Of a DNA stretch of 26,009 bases, positions 1 to 10,098 are shown piece by piece. Position 1 is the stretch's first letter; each line of letters begins with the position of its first letter. Source of the stretch: Verrucomicrobiota bacterium (GTDB taxonomy: Bacteria > Verrucomicrobiota > Verrucomicrobiia > Limisphaerales > CANJXF01); contig JBBQRQ010000074.1 of the NCBI GenBank assembly GCA_038214755.1, forward strand, positions 1-26,009, in the 5' to 3' direction. Both the position numbers and the translations under genes were made by a program. The notes under the pieces were generated by a model. The model was not told where the DNA came from. It made no database searches and saw only the letters and a program-made list of their open reading frames with translations.

Positions 1-37
1 TTCGCGACGTGTTCAGAGTGGCGATGAGCTGGCCTGA

Positions 38-136
38 AGGAGCGCGGGCTTCAGTCCGCTTCGAGGTGAGATACGATTTAGTGTCCGGTGATTGCAAGGC
101 GTCCTTCAGTCGAAGCGGAATAAATTCCGCGCTCCT
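38..136. repeat. REP/REPIN-like inverted doublet (GGAGCGCGG-N7-TCCGC family)
   Basis: Arm aggagcgcgggcttcagtccgcttcga (38-64) is the reverse complement of tcgaagcggaataaattccgcgctcct (110-136) with 4 mismatches in 27 nt. Each arm has GGAG followed by an internal hairpin. Confidence 0.7.
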
Positions 137-287
137 ATTTATCGGAGTCTGCACGTTGAAACTCGCGCCTACGAATTCGTGGGAAGCGATGTAACAAATT
201 CCTTTCGAGTGAATGGAATCCGGCAGTTGCCCAACTTCCTTCCTTCGAGTAGGTAATGGCAGGATTCGCGTTGGGAAATAAAAACAC

Positions 288-3200
288 ATGCAGACTCTGA
301 AGCGGGCACGGCACAACTGGAGGGAGAAGCACCCGGACTTAGCGGAGGCGAGCGAACCGCTTCTCCGAGCGGAGTTGTTCAGCATCGAACAACTGGAGCG
401 CCACGCCCGGACTCTTGCTGCCAGTCATCAGGTCATCACCCGACGAGGTTCCAATCGCCTCCTCGCCCGCCTCGACCAAAACGAGGCGATACTACGCTCC
501 TTCAACCGCGCGACTTTGGCAGTGGATCAAACCAGGCGCGTTACTCCCGCCGCCGAGTGGCTGCTGGATAATTTTTATTTGATCGACGAGCAGGTGCAAA
601 TGGCACGGACGCATTTGCCCCGGCAATACAGCCGCGAGTTGCCGCGTCTGGCCAACGGCCCTTTGACAGGTCTGCCGCGTGTTTACGAAATCGTGGTCGA
701 ATTAATCTCGCATGTGGATGCGCAAATTGATTCCGCGGCGCTCACCGCATTCGTCCGAGCTTATGAAGAAGTCTCTCCTTTAAAGCTGGGTGAGTTATGG
801 GCCATTCCGATTATGTTGCGACTAGGGTTGATTGAAAACCTACAGCGCGTGACAAGCTGGTTGACCCTCGCTCGCCGTGAACGCGACCTCGCTGACTTAT
901 GGGCGGAACGTTTGCAAGACATGGCAGAGAAAGACCCTTCTCACCTCGTCGTGGTCGTAGCAGATATGGCCAAAGCCCGCCTTTCCATGTCCTCTTCGTT
1001 TGTCGCGGAATTTTGTTTGCGCCTCGCCGGAAAAGCTTCCGTCCTCCCTTTCGCGCGAGGCTGGGTCGAACAACGGCTCTCCCAACAGGGCCTCTCCATC
1101 GAACAACTGGTCCAACGCGAAAGTCAGAGCCAGGCGGCCGACCAGGTATCGGTCAGTCATAGCATTGCCAGCCTTCGCTTCTTAAGCAGCATGGATTGGA
1201 AGGAATTCGTCGAGACGACAAGTCTGGTCGATCAAATACTGCGGACCGATCCAGCGGATGTTTATAGTGACATGGATTTTTCCACCAGAGACAGCTATCG
1301 CCATTCCGTGGAAGCTCTGGCCCGGTATAGCAAGCAGACCGAATTAGATGTCGCCAAACACGTCATACAACTCGCCGCGGACAGCGCAAGAGAGAAAGGA
1401 CGGGAAGATCGCAGCGCCCACGTCGGTTATTACCTGATCGACAAGGGCCATCCTCTCCTGGAGCGCGCCACCGGAGTAAAGTGGCCGCGAGCGACAGCGA
1501 TTGAACGAGCCATTCCTCGTCATCCACTGACCTTCTATGTCGGCGGAATTTTTTCAGTGACCCTTCTCGCTACGTTCCTGTTCGCGCGACAAGCGGTGTC
1601 GCTCAACGTCCAGGGTTGGAAACTTATTTTCTTCACCTGCATCCTGCTGCTCTGCTCCAGTCAATTGGCGGTCGCGCTGATGAATTGGCTCTCCATCCTG
1701 TTGATCAAACCTCGCTTGCTCCCGCGCCTGGATTTTTCGTCAGGCATACCGCCGGACCGACACACGATGGTGGTAGTCCCTACCATGCTCACAAGTGTGG
1801 AAGAGGTGGAGCATCTCATAGAAACACTCGAGATTCATTACCTCTCGAACCGGGACGAACAACTTCACTTCGCTTTGCTGACCGATTTTCGCGACGCTGT
1901 GGCGGAGGTCATGCCCAATGACGAGTCACTGCTGCAATGTGCGCGCAAGGGAGTAAGGATGCTGAACCAAAAATATTCAACGGGGGACAAAGACATCTTC
2001 TTCCTATTCCATCGCCCGCGCCGTTGGAACCCGGAAGAAGGATTATGGATGGGTTATGAACGAAAACGCGGCAAGCTCGCCGAGTTCAATGCGCTCCTTC
2101 GCGGCGGCAATGACAAATGTTTTTCCGAGATCATCGGAGATATCTCCATCCTGCCTTCGATCAAATATGTCATCACTCTGGATACGGATACTCAACTGCC
2201 GCGCGATGCGGCGCGTCAACTGGTCGGAACGATGTCTCACCCATTGAACCAGCCGCGTTTCGATGCGGAGCGCGGCATCGTCACTGAAGGTTATAGCATC
2301 CTACAACCGCGCGTGGGTGTCAGCTTGCCCAGCGCGGGACGATCGTGGTTCGTTCGACTTTTTGCCGGCGATGCTGGAATCGATCCCTATACCCGCGCCG
2401 TGTCCGATGTGTATCAGGATCTCTTTCATGAAGGCTCTTTTATCGGAAAAGGAATTTACGACGTCGATGCCTTTGAACGGTCGGTGGCTGGACGCTTCCC
2501 AGAGAACAGGGTGTTGAGCCATGACTTGTTGGAATCCTGCTATGCCCGATCCGCTCTGGTCAGTGACGTGGAATTCTACGAAGCGCATCCTTCCCGCTAC
2601 AATGCGGATATAGGCCGGCGTCATCGTTGGATACGAGGCGACTGGCAAATAACCCAATGGCTCTTGCCTCGAACTCCTGGAGCAGATGCCCGCAGCATTG
2701 CAAACCCTATCTCCGGTTTGTCACGTTGGAAGATTTTCGATAATCTCCGTCGTAGTCTGATTCCTCCCGCTCTGCTGCTCTTTCTGGTTTGTAGCTGGCT
2801 CCTTCTCCCGCAACTGGGTGGGTTAGGATCATTGTTTGTTCTCTCTATCATCCTATTGCCTGGTTTGTTGTCCGTCCTCAATGAGTTATTTAACAAGTCC
2901 GAGGCTTTACCTTGGCCCATGCATCTCCGCGCGGTCGCCAGGTCCTGCGGACGCGACCTGGCCCAGGTATTTCTTACCCTGGCCTTCCTCCCCTACGATG
3001 CTTTCATCAGCGTGGATGCAATTGCGCGCACACTCGTTCGTTTGCTCGTGACTGGGAAACGGCTCTTGGAATGGCAAACGTCAAGTGAATCCGAGCGCAC
3101 TGCCCGGTCGGACCTTCCTGGCTTTATCGCTAGCATGTGGGTCACACCGGTTATTGCTGTGGCGAGTGGAATTATCCTCGCTTTACAACACCCACACCAA

Positions 3201-6200
3201 TTGCCCGTCGCTCTGCCCTTCCTGTCCGCCTGGCTCGTTGCTCCGTGCATCGCCTGGTTGATCAGCCGACCTATCGCAGCCCCATCGCCAGATTTAAGTG
3301 AGGAGCAACTGGCCTTCCTCCGACGTGTAGCCCGTAAGACATGGCATTTTTTTGAAACCTTCGTTACCTCGCGGGATAACTGGCTGCCTCCCGATAATTT
3401 CCAGGAGATTCCCGCGCCAGCCATCGCCTCGCGCACCTCCCCCACGAACATAGGTCTGGCGCTGCTGGCCAACCTCTCCGCGCATGACTTCGGCTACCTG
3501 TCCACCGGCCGCTTGCTGCAACGCACCAAAGATACGTTTGCTACCATGCAACGGATGGAGCGACATCGTGGACATTTCTTTAATTGGTACGAGACCGGAA
3601 CGCTTCAACCTCTTCAACCTCTCTACGTCTCCTGCGTGGACAGCGGAAATCTCGCGGGACATCTGCTCACGCTTGGCTCGGGTTTAAAAGAGTTGCCTGA
3701 TGAAAAAATTTTCACCCCGCAAATTTTTCAGGGCTTGCGGGATACGATGAATATTTTGGAAGAGTTGAGAGTTGAAAAGAATACGCTGACCCAGTTGGAG
3801 GCCGAGTTAAAAAAAACGCCTGCCACTCTGCGCGCGAGCTTTGACCTACTGGAGAGGAGTAGAAACTTGGCAACCCAAATCGCTGACTCAATCCCGCCGC
3901 AGGAAGAAGAGTCCAGACGTTGGGCGAATATATTGAAGCAAAGTTGCGCGGAACATTTGCAGGAATTACTCCTGCTCGCTCCGTGGCTTGGTGCAACCTC
4001 TGACTTTCCTGACAATCGAACTAACCAAGAGGATACTTCTTCATTTACGGTACCCGCCGACGTGAGGAAGCGGATGTCAACTGATGAACCACCCATCCGC
4101 CTCCTCACGTCGGCGGCTCCAACCGAGGAAACTACTTTCCGTTCTCTCAACGCCAATGAAGGTCTGCCTACTTCCACTTCGACACGATGGAAGGAGAAGC
4201 TGGCGCAACTCGACCAGATACCTACCTTGCGCGAAGTGGCAGAACTGGAACAGACACTCATTCCATTGATTGAAGAAAAGTTAAAAAGTTTCGCGGCGGA
4301 GCCTGCTTCATCTGCCGAGAGAAGAACCTGGCTCCGTGAATTGTCAGACCACTTGCGCGAGGCCGGGGAGCGTGCCCGGCAGCGTACACTCGAGATAGAG
4401 ACGTTGGCTCAACAAAGCGCCGAGTTGGCCGAGATGGACTTCACCTTTCTGTTCGATCATGCGCGAAATTTATTTTCGATTGGTTTCAATGTTACCACTT
4501 ACCGGCGCGATACCAGTTTCTACGACCTCCTCGCCTCGGAGGCGCGCCTTTGCAGCTACGTTGCCATTGCTCAAGGACAAGTGTCGCAGAAGCACTGGTT
4601 TTCTCTCGGCCGTCTGCTCGTGGCTAAGCGAGGAGAACCGCTCCTGGTTTCATGGAGCGGGTCGATGTTCGAGTATCTGATGCCGCTGCTCATCATGCCC
4701 ACCTATGAAAATACTTTGCTCGATCACACTTGTCGCGCGGCGGTTCGGCAACAAATAGAGTATGGCAAATTGCGCGGCGTGCCCTGGGGTATTTCTGAAT
4801 CAGGTTACAATCGAACGGATGCCCATCTCATCTACCAATACCGCGCCTTCGGTGTGCCGGGCCTTGGATTGAAGCGAGGTTTAGCGGAGGACATGGTTAT
4901 CGCTCCCTACGCCGCAGCCCTGGCTTTGGTCATTGCGCCACGAGAAGCTTGTCAGAACCTGCAACGAATGGCGGTCGATGGCCGTGAAGGAGCCTACGGA
5001 TTCTACGAAGCAATCGACTACACGCCATCGCGCCTGCCGCCGGACGAGTCTAGTGTTACTATCCAATCCTACATGGCGCATCATCAGGGGATGACCTTGC
5101 TGGCATTGGCGTCTCTATTGTGTGACCGCTCCATGCAACGACGCTTCATGGGTTGCCCTTTGTTGAAAGCCGCCGACTTGCTTTTGCAGGAACGTTTGCC
5201 CAGGGCCGCCGCCAACGTCCTATCCGAAGACTTAACCATGGAAGAGCGGAGAGTCTCCGGCGATGGCGAAGGTATCATGCGGGTCTTTACTCAACCTTCC
5301 TCCCGCGCGCCTGAGGTCCATCTATTGTCCAATGGACGTTACCATGTGGTTATCAGCAGCGCGGGGGGCGGTTATAGTCGGTGGGGTGATCTGGCCGTGA
5401 CCCGCTGGCGTGAAGATCCCACGCGCGACTGTTGGGGAACATTCATTTATGTGCGCGACGTTGACACTGGAGAATTTTGGTCAACCGCTTATCAACCTAC
5501 TCTGCGCGAAGCGAAATTTTACGAAGCAATCTTCACTCAAGGACGCGCCGAGTTTCGTTTGCATCAATCGAACCTCGAAATTCATACCGAGATCAGTGTC
5601 TCGCCGGAGGACGACGTGGAGTTGCGTCGTGTCACCATCACCAACCTATTACATGTTGCACGCACCTTGGACCTGACCAGTTATGCTGAAGTAGTTCTGG
5701 CCGCGCCCGCCGCAGACGCAACCCATCCGGCCTTCAGCAACCTGTTCGTTCAAACAGAATTTATCCCATCCTCTTCGTCGATTCTTTGCACTCGCCGCGC
5801 CAGGTCACAAGAAGAAAAACCGCCCTGGCTTCTCCATCTCATGGTCGTTCAAGGGCAGGAACGAAGTAACCTTTCCTGCGAAACGGATCGTTTCAAATTC
5901 ATCGGACGAGGCGGGTCTCTGTCCCACCCGGTGGCGATGCAAAGTGTTTCACCCTTGAGCAACACCGCTGGCTCCGTCCTTGATCCGATTATCTCATTAC
6001 GACGCGCCATTAGCTTGAAGCCAAATGAAACCATCGTCATTGACCTGGTTATAGGTGCGGCGGAAAGCCGGGAGAACGCATTGATGCTGATCGAAAAATA
6101 TCAAAGCTCTCGCATGGCCGACCGCGCGTTGGAACTCGCCTGGACTCATAGTCAGGTAACCTTGCGCCATCTCAATGCTACCGAAGCCGAAGCGAAACTC

Positions 6201-9140
6201 TACGGCGGGTTAGCCAGCGCCTTGATTTATGTTGACCCTTTCCGACGCGCGCCCACCAGCATTTTGCGCGCGAACCGTCGCGGCCAAAGCGGTCTTTGGA
6301 GCTATGGCATCTCAGGCGACTGGCCGATTGTGCTGCTACGGGTAAGCGATACTGAAAAAGTTGATCTCGTTCGCCAGTTGATCACCGCCCACTCCTACTG
6401 GCGGATGAAAGGGTTGACGGTGGAACTAGTTATCTTGAACGAAGACCTTTCCGTTTATCGCCAATCCTTGCACGAGCAGATAACAAGCATGATTTCCTCT
6501 GGCCTTGCCGCGCGAATGTTGGACAAGCCCGGCGGCATCTTCGTCCGGCGGCTGGAACAAATCCCGGAAAACGACCGCGTGTTACTTCAGTCGGTGGCTC
6601 GCATTGTCCTCGATGACCAACATGGAACTCTGACTGAGCAACTGGAACAACGCAGTCTCATGGAACCGGTAGTTCCTCCACTCACACCGACGCGTTCTCC
6701 CTACCTTGACGCGCCAAAGTCTCTTCCACCGCGCGAGCTAATTTTCCACAATGGCTTCGGCGGCTTTACCCCGGATGGACATGAGTATGTTATAACCCTT
6801 CAACCTGGACAAATGACTCCAGCCCCATGGGTCAATGTGCTGGCCAATCCCTACTTCGGCACAGTCATATCCGAAAGCGGCGGTAGCTATACCTGGGTGG
6901 AAAACGCCCACGAGTTTCGTCTCACACCCTGGAACAATGATCCCGTCCAGGATACGACAGGAGAAGCCTTCTACATTCGCGACGAACTCACTGGACAATA
7001 CTGGTCCCCCACCCCTTTGCCGGCGCGCGGCCTGACGCCGTATGTCATCCGCCACGGCTTCGGTTATACTGTATTCGAACATATTGAAAATGGCATCGCC
7101 TCCGAGTTATGGGTCTATGTCGCGATGGATGCGCCGGTTAAGCTGGCCGTCTTGAAGTTACGCAATGAATCAGGACGTCCAAGACGTTTGTCTCTGACCG
7201 GCTACTGGGAATGGGTGCTGGGTGAGTTGCGGCATAAAAGCCTGTTGCATGTGCAAACGGAAGTTGATCTTAAGACCGGAACGTTGCTCGCCCGCAATTT
7301 TTATAATACCGAATTTCCCGAACGCATCGCCTTCCTGGATGTCAACGACACCGCGCGCACTTTGACCGGCGATAGAAAGGAATTCATAGGTCGCAATGGA
7401 AATCTTTCACATCCCGCCGCGCTGAAGCGCATGCGCTTGTCGGGTAAGGTAGGCGCTGGACTCGATCCTTGCGGCGCGTTGCAAGTAACCCTCGACCTCG
7501 CTATTGGACAGGAACGCGAAACAACCTTTCGCCTGGGAGTGGGTCGTAACATGGCGGAGGTTCACAATCTTATCCAACGCTTCCGCCGCGCGGATTCCAG
7601 TCGGGGCGCCCTCGAAGGTGTCTGGGCCTATTGGAACAAAACTCTCGGCGCGGTAAATGTCGATACTCCTGACCCCGCCGTGAATGTAATGGCCAATGGC
7701 TGGCTCTTGTATCAAACCCTCAGTTGCCGCGTTTGGGGCAGGACTGGCTTCTACCAATCCGGTGGGGCTTATGGGTTCCGCGATCAGTTACAGGACGTGA
7801 TGGCATTAGTCCATGCTGAGCCAGGTTTGACACGTGAGCACCTCCTCCGCGCCGCTGCTCACCAGTTCCGAGAGGGCGATGTCCAGCATTGGTGGCATCC
7901 ACCCGGCGGGCGAGGTGTGCGAACTCATTTCTCTGATGACTATCTGTGGTTGCCTTACGTTACCTGTCGTTACGTCTCCTCTGTGGCCGACACTGGCGTG
8001 CTGGACGAAAAAATTCCCTACCTCGAAGGCCGGGCTGTGCGACCCGACGAAGAAGCCTACTACGACTTACCCAATCGCTCGGAGGAGTGGGGCACACTCT
8101 ATGAACATTGCGTGCGAGCTATTGAATACGGATTGAAGTTCGGCCAACACGGTCTCCCCTTGATCGGTTGCGGCGATTGGAACGATGGCATGAACCTCGT
8201 TGGAAAAGAAGGACGGGGCGAAAGTGTCTGGCTGGCCTTCTTTCTTTACGAAGTGCTGAAGCAATTTGCCGAACTGGCTCGCGCGCGAAAGGACAACACC
8301 TTCGCCGAACGATGCCTTACTCAGGCCCGGCAGCTCCAACAGAACATCGAGCTACACGCATGGGACGGCCAATGGTATCGCCGCGCCTACTTCGATAATG
8401 GCGAACCTCTCGGTTCCCAGTCCAACCAGGAATGCCAGATCGATTCACTCCCGCAAAGCTGGTCCGTCATCAGTCGCGCCGGCGATCCGGAACGTTCTAC
8501 TCAGGCCATGAATGCTGTTGATCAACATCTCGTCCGGCGCAACGCGAAATTGATCCAGCTATTTGAACCACCTTTCGATAAGTCATCGCTTAACCCCGGC
8601 TACATCAAAGGTTACATCCCCGGCATCCGCGAGAACGGCGGCCAATACACTCACGGCGCAATTTGGACCGTGATGGCCTTCGCCTTTATGGGAAACAATG
8701 AACGAGCCTGGGAACTCTTCCGTCTGCTTAACCCCGTTCTACACGGGAACACCGCGAAACGGATTGCCGCTTACAAAGTGGAGCCTTATGTCGTCGCGGC
8801 GGATGTCTATGCCGTGGCGCCACACACAGGTCGAGGTGGGTGGACATGGTACACCGGCTCGGCCGGCTGGATGTATCGACTGCTGATTGAGACGCTGCTG
8901 GGTGTGAACCTCGAAGGAGATCGACTAAGGATTACACCTCGTTTGCCGAAACAATGGAACACTTACAAGATTCACTATCGCTACCGACAGACCCTTTACC
9001 ATATTACCATCACTCGACAGGCCGCTGATGCGGTTGCCTCAGACCATCTTCTTTTCCTCGATGGACAACAACTGTCGCAGACTTCGATCCCATTGGTGGA
9101 CGATCACCGAGAGCATATGGTCGAATTGAAAGTGCGTTGA
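288..9140 (+). CDS. ndvB: Cyclic beta-1,2-glucan synthase (NdvB/ChvB/Cgs): GT84 synthase region, TM helices, GH144-like/glucoamylase-like domain, C-terminal GH94 phosphorylase
   Basis: 2950-aa ORF with typical Cgs motifs: AAEWLLDNFYL, GELWAIPIMLR, WMGYERKRGKL, YVITLDTDT, GKGIYDVDAF, LSHDLLE, RRHRWIRGDWQ, LPPDNFQE, RTSPTNIG, SWSGSMFEYLMP, PWGISES, YQSGGAYGFRDQLQD, GDWNDGMN, RENGGQYTH, GGWTWYTGSAGW. Confidence 0.95.
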   Translation: MQTLKRARHNWREKHPDLAEASEPLLRAELFSIEQLERHARTLAASHQVITRRGSNRLLARLDQNEAILRSFNRATLAVDQTRRVTPAAEWLLDNFYLIDEQVQMARTHLPRQYSRELPRLANGPLTGLPRVYEIVVELISHVDAQIDSAALTAFVRAYEEVSPLKLGELWAIPIMLRLGLIENLQRVTSWLTLARRERDLADLWAERLQDMAEKDPSHLVVVVADMAKARLSMSSSFVAEFCLRLAGKASVLPFARGWVEQRLSQQGLSIEQLVQRESQSQAADQVSVSHSIASLRFLSSMDWKEFVETTSLVDQILRTDPADVYSDMDFSTRDSYRHSVEALARYSKQTELDVAKHVIQLAADSAREKGREDRSAHVGYYLIDKGHPLLERATGVKWPRATAIERAIPRHPLTFYVGGIFSVTLLATFLFARQAVSLNVQGWKLIFFTCILLLCSSQLAVALMNWLSILLIKPRLLPRLDFSSGIPPDRHTMVVVPTMLTSVEEVEHLIETLEIHYLSNRDEQLHFALLTDFRDAVAEVMPNDESLLQCARKGVRMLNQKYSTGDKDIFFLFHRPRRWNPEEGLWMGYERKRGKLAEFNALLRGGNDKCFSEIIGDISILPSIKYVITLDTDTQLPRDAARQLVGTMSHPLNQPRFDAERGIVTEGYSILQPRVGVSLPSAGRSWFVRLFAGDAGIDPYTRAVSDVYQDLFHEGSFIGKGIYDVDAFERSVAGRFPENRVLSHDLLESCYARSALVSDVEFYEAHPSRYNADIGRRHRWIRGDWQITQWLLPRTPGADARSIANPISGLSRWKIFDNLRRSLIPPALLLFLVCSWLLLPQLGGLGSLFVLSIILLPGLLSVLNELFNKSEALPWPMHLRAVARSCGRDLAQVFLTLAFLPYDAFISVDAIARTLVRLLVTGKRLLEWQTSSESERTARSDLPGFIASMWVTPVIAVASGIILALQHPHQLPVALPFLSAWLVAPCIAWLISRPIAAPSPDLSEEQLAFLRRVARKTWHFFETFVTSRDNWLPPDNFQEIPAPAIASRTSPTNIGLALLANLSAHDFGYLSTGRLLQRTKDTFATMQRMERHRGHFFNWYETGTLQPLQPLYVSCVDSGNLAGHLLTLGSGLKELPDEKIFTPQIFQGLRDTMNILEELRVEKNTLTQLEAELKKTPATLRASFDLLERSRNLATQIADSIPPQEEESRRWANILKQSCAEHLQELLLLAPWLGATSDFPDNRTNQEDTSSFTVPADVRKRMSTDEPPIRLLTSAAPTEETTFRSLNANEGLPTSTSTRWKEKLAQLDQIPTLREVAELEQTLIPLIEEKLKSFAAEPASSAERRTWLRELSDHLREAGERARQRTLEIETLAQQSAELAEMDFTFLFDHARNLFSIGFNVTTYRRDTSFYDLLASEARLCSYVAIAQGQVSQKHWFSLGRLLVAKRGEPLLVSWSGSMFEYLMPLLIMPTYENTLLDHTCRAAVRQQIEYGKLRGVPWGISESGYNRTDAHLIYQYRAFGVPGLGLKRGLAEDMVIAPYAAALALVIAPREACQNLQRMAVDGREGAYGFYEAIDYTPSRLPPDESSVTIQSYMAHHQGMTLLALASLLCDRSMQRRFMGCPLLKAADLLLQERLPRAAANVLSEDLTMEERRVSGDGEGIMRVFTQPSSRAPEVHLLSNGRYHVVISSAGGGYSRWGDLAVTRWREDPTRDCWGTFIYVRDVDTGEFWSTAYQPTLREAKFYEAIFTQGRAEFRLHQSNLEIHTEISVSPEDDVELRRVTITNLLHVARTLDLTSYAEVVLAAPAADATHPAFSNLFVQTEFIPSSSSILCTRRARSQEEKPPWLLHLMVVQGQERSNLSCETDRFKFIGRGGSLSHPVAMQSVSPLSNTAGSVLDPIISLRRAISLKPNETIVIDLVIGAAESRENALMLIEKYQSSRMADRALELAWTHSQVTLRHLNATEAEAKLYGGLASALIYVDPFRRAPTSILRANRRGQSGLWSYGISGDWPIVLLRVSDTEKVDLVRQLITAHSYWRMKGLTVELVILNEDLSVYRQSLHEQITSMISSGLAARMLDKPGGIFVRRLEQIPENDRVLLQSVARIVLDDQHGTLTEQLEQRSLMEPVVPPLTPTRSPYLDAPKSLPPRELIFHNGFGGFTPDGHEYVITLQPGQMTPAPWVNVLANPYFGTVISESGGSYTWVENAHEFRLTPWNNDPVQDTTGEAFYIRDELTGQYWSPTPLPARGLTPYVIRHGFGYTVFEHIENGIASELWVYVAMDAPVKLAVLKLRNESGRPRRLSLTGYWEWVLGELRHKSLLHVQTEVDLKTGTLLARNFYNTEFPERIAFLDVNDTARTLTGDRKEFIGRNGNLSHPAALKRMRLSGKVGAGLDPCGALQVTLDLAIGQERETTFRLGVGRNMAEVHNLIQRFRRADSSRGALEGVWAYWNKTLGAVNVDTPDPAVNVMANGWLLYQTLSCRVWGRTGFYQSGGAYGFRDQLQDVMALVHAEPGLTREHLLRAAAHQFREGDVQHWWHPPGGRGVRTHFSDDYLWLPYVTCRYVSSVADTGVLDEKIPYLEGRAVRPDEEAYYDLPNRSEEWGTLYEHCVRAIEYGLKFGQHGLPLIGCGDWNDGMNLVGKEGRGESVWLAFFLYEVLKQFAELARARKDNTFAERCLTQARQLQQNIELHAWDGQWYRRAYFDNGEPLGSQSNQECQIDSLPQSWSVISRAGDPERSTQAMNAVDQHLVRRNAKLIQLFEPPFDKSSLNPGYIKGYIPGIRENGGQYTHGAIWTVMAFAFMGNNERAWELFRLLNPVLHGNTAKRIAAYKVEPYVVAADVYAVAPHTGRGGWTWYTGSAGWMYRLLIETLLGVNLEGDRLRITPRLPKQWNTYKIHYRYRQTLYHITITRQAADAVASDHLLFLDGQQLSQTSIPLVDDHREHMVELKVR
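4050..4120. repeat. REP/REPIN-like inverted doublet inside the ndvB reading frame (GTAGCCGCCGACGTGAGGAGGCGGAT family)
   Basis: gtacccgccgacgtgaggaagcggat (4050-4075) ... atccgcctcctcacgtcggcggctcc (4095-4120). The right arm matches the intergenic copy at 25828-25853 in 25/26 nt. Translated as VPADVRKRM...IRLLTSAAP. Confidence 0.85.
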
Positions 9141-9284
9141 TGGTTCGGTCAAGCGGCAACCGCTCGCCTCCTCTCGGCGAATAATAGGTGAAAACTCCTC
9201 TTTGTGACAGGGCAGGTCAGTAACGCGAAGCTGCTCCGGTATTGACTTTCAAATACGTGGCTCATGCCTCGCCATTGGTTGCCG

Positions 9285-9540
9285 TCATTTTGGACTCTGA
9301 AGCGCTTTCTCAAACTCCTCTATGCCGAGCTTACATTTTCCCTGTGTGCCGACATCTAGGTCGTCTTCTTGCTACTTCTTTGGTCTCAAAATCGAGACTG
9401 ATATTAAAGCGATCAAAAGTGTATTCCTTAACAGTAGGAACGCCTAACACCCTTTGTTCACGAATTGCATCCAATAGTTTACGACGAACATAGGGATCGG
9501 CTTCTTCAGAAAGAAATTCGCTTAGTAGTTTTTCGTTCAT
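9285..9540 (-). pseudogene. Putative immunity protein of the orphan toxin module, frameshifted near 9372
   Basis: ATGA overlap with the upstream toxin ORF (9537-9540). The called ORF ends in ARRRPRCRHTGKM, while the shifted frame reads QEDDLDVGTQGKCKLGIEEFEKALQSPK* (stop 9285-9287), a plausible acidic C-terminus. Confidence 0.65.
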
Positions 9541-10097
9541 GGGATTCTGACAGGAAATGCCGTTTGTATCTGTCCATTTTTAATAAACACCCGAATATTC
9601 GAGGTGGCTCCGCCTGCCCGATCTGTTCCAATTGTTTGACCTAGATTATACTCGATCTTAATGCCGTTAGCACCCTGTGGGGTTATATTACCGTATCGCG
9701 ATGCCTGATCTACAAAGGACTTAATGTCACGGGCGGATGTGCCTTCGGCAAAACGACTCACATCAGAAAATCCAGAATCAAAGGCGCGTCGGTAATTAAT
9801 GTGCTCAATCGCGGTCATTAAGCCGCCCTCCCTGTAGGTGTTCAATGCACCCCATGACCCTCTTGCGGCAACGCTCTCGACCCGTGTTGCCGCACGAGCG
9901 CCTGTCAATCCCACCCGTTCCAATGGAATCAGTGATAAGCCAACACTGGCAGTCGCCAGAATTTTCTCCTGTGAAGTGACTCAGTTATCATACAGATCAT
10001 AGCCTGTGGTAGCCGACGTGACATCGCCAGCGAAGCCTAATGTCACTATGTTGAGAGCACCCGCAACAATGAGACAGATGACACAAATCACTTTCAT
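9537..10097 (-). pseudogene. Orphan RHS C-terminal toxin module (pre-toxin TG-like linker + putative RNase-type toxin) with in-frame TGA at 9981-9983
   Basis: ATG at 10097. The ORFs 9981-10202 and 9537-9923 are in the same frame. The N-terminal ~65 aa repeat the linker of the main RHS C-terminus, where the codon corresponding to TGA is CGA (Arg). The distinct tip EHINYR...SRF...GQTIGTD...IRVFIKNGQIQTAFP resembles small RNase toxin domains. Confidence 0.75.
9865..10064. repeat. Diverged direct repeat of the RHS pre-toxin linker (copy 2)
   Basis: Aligns with about 10801-11000 and includes a 36-bp exact match (9990-10025 = 10926-10961, atacagatcatagcctgtggtagccgacgtgacatc). Confidence 0.9.
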
Positions 10098-10098
10098 G

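Noticed and set aside
9365..9385. Programmed ribosomal frameshift in the orphan immunity gene
   Set aside because: No canonical slippery heptamer or homopolymer is present, and the neighbouring toxin is also disrupted, which favours decay.
9981..9983. In-frame TGA as selenocysteine or recoded Trp/Gly
   Set aside because: The paralogous codon is CGA (Arg), and many genes here end in TGA. A simple nonsense transition is more parsimonious.
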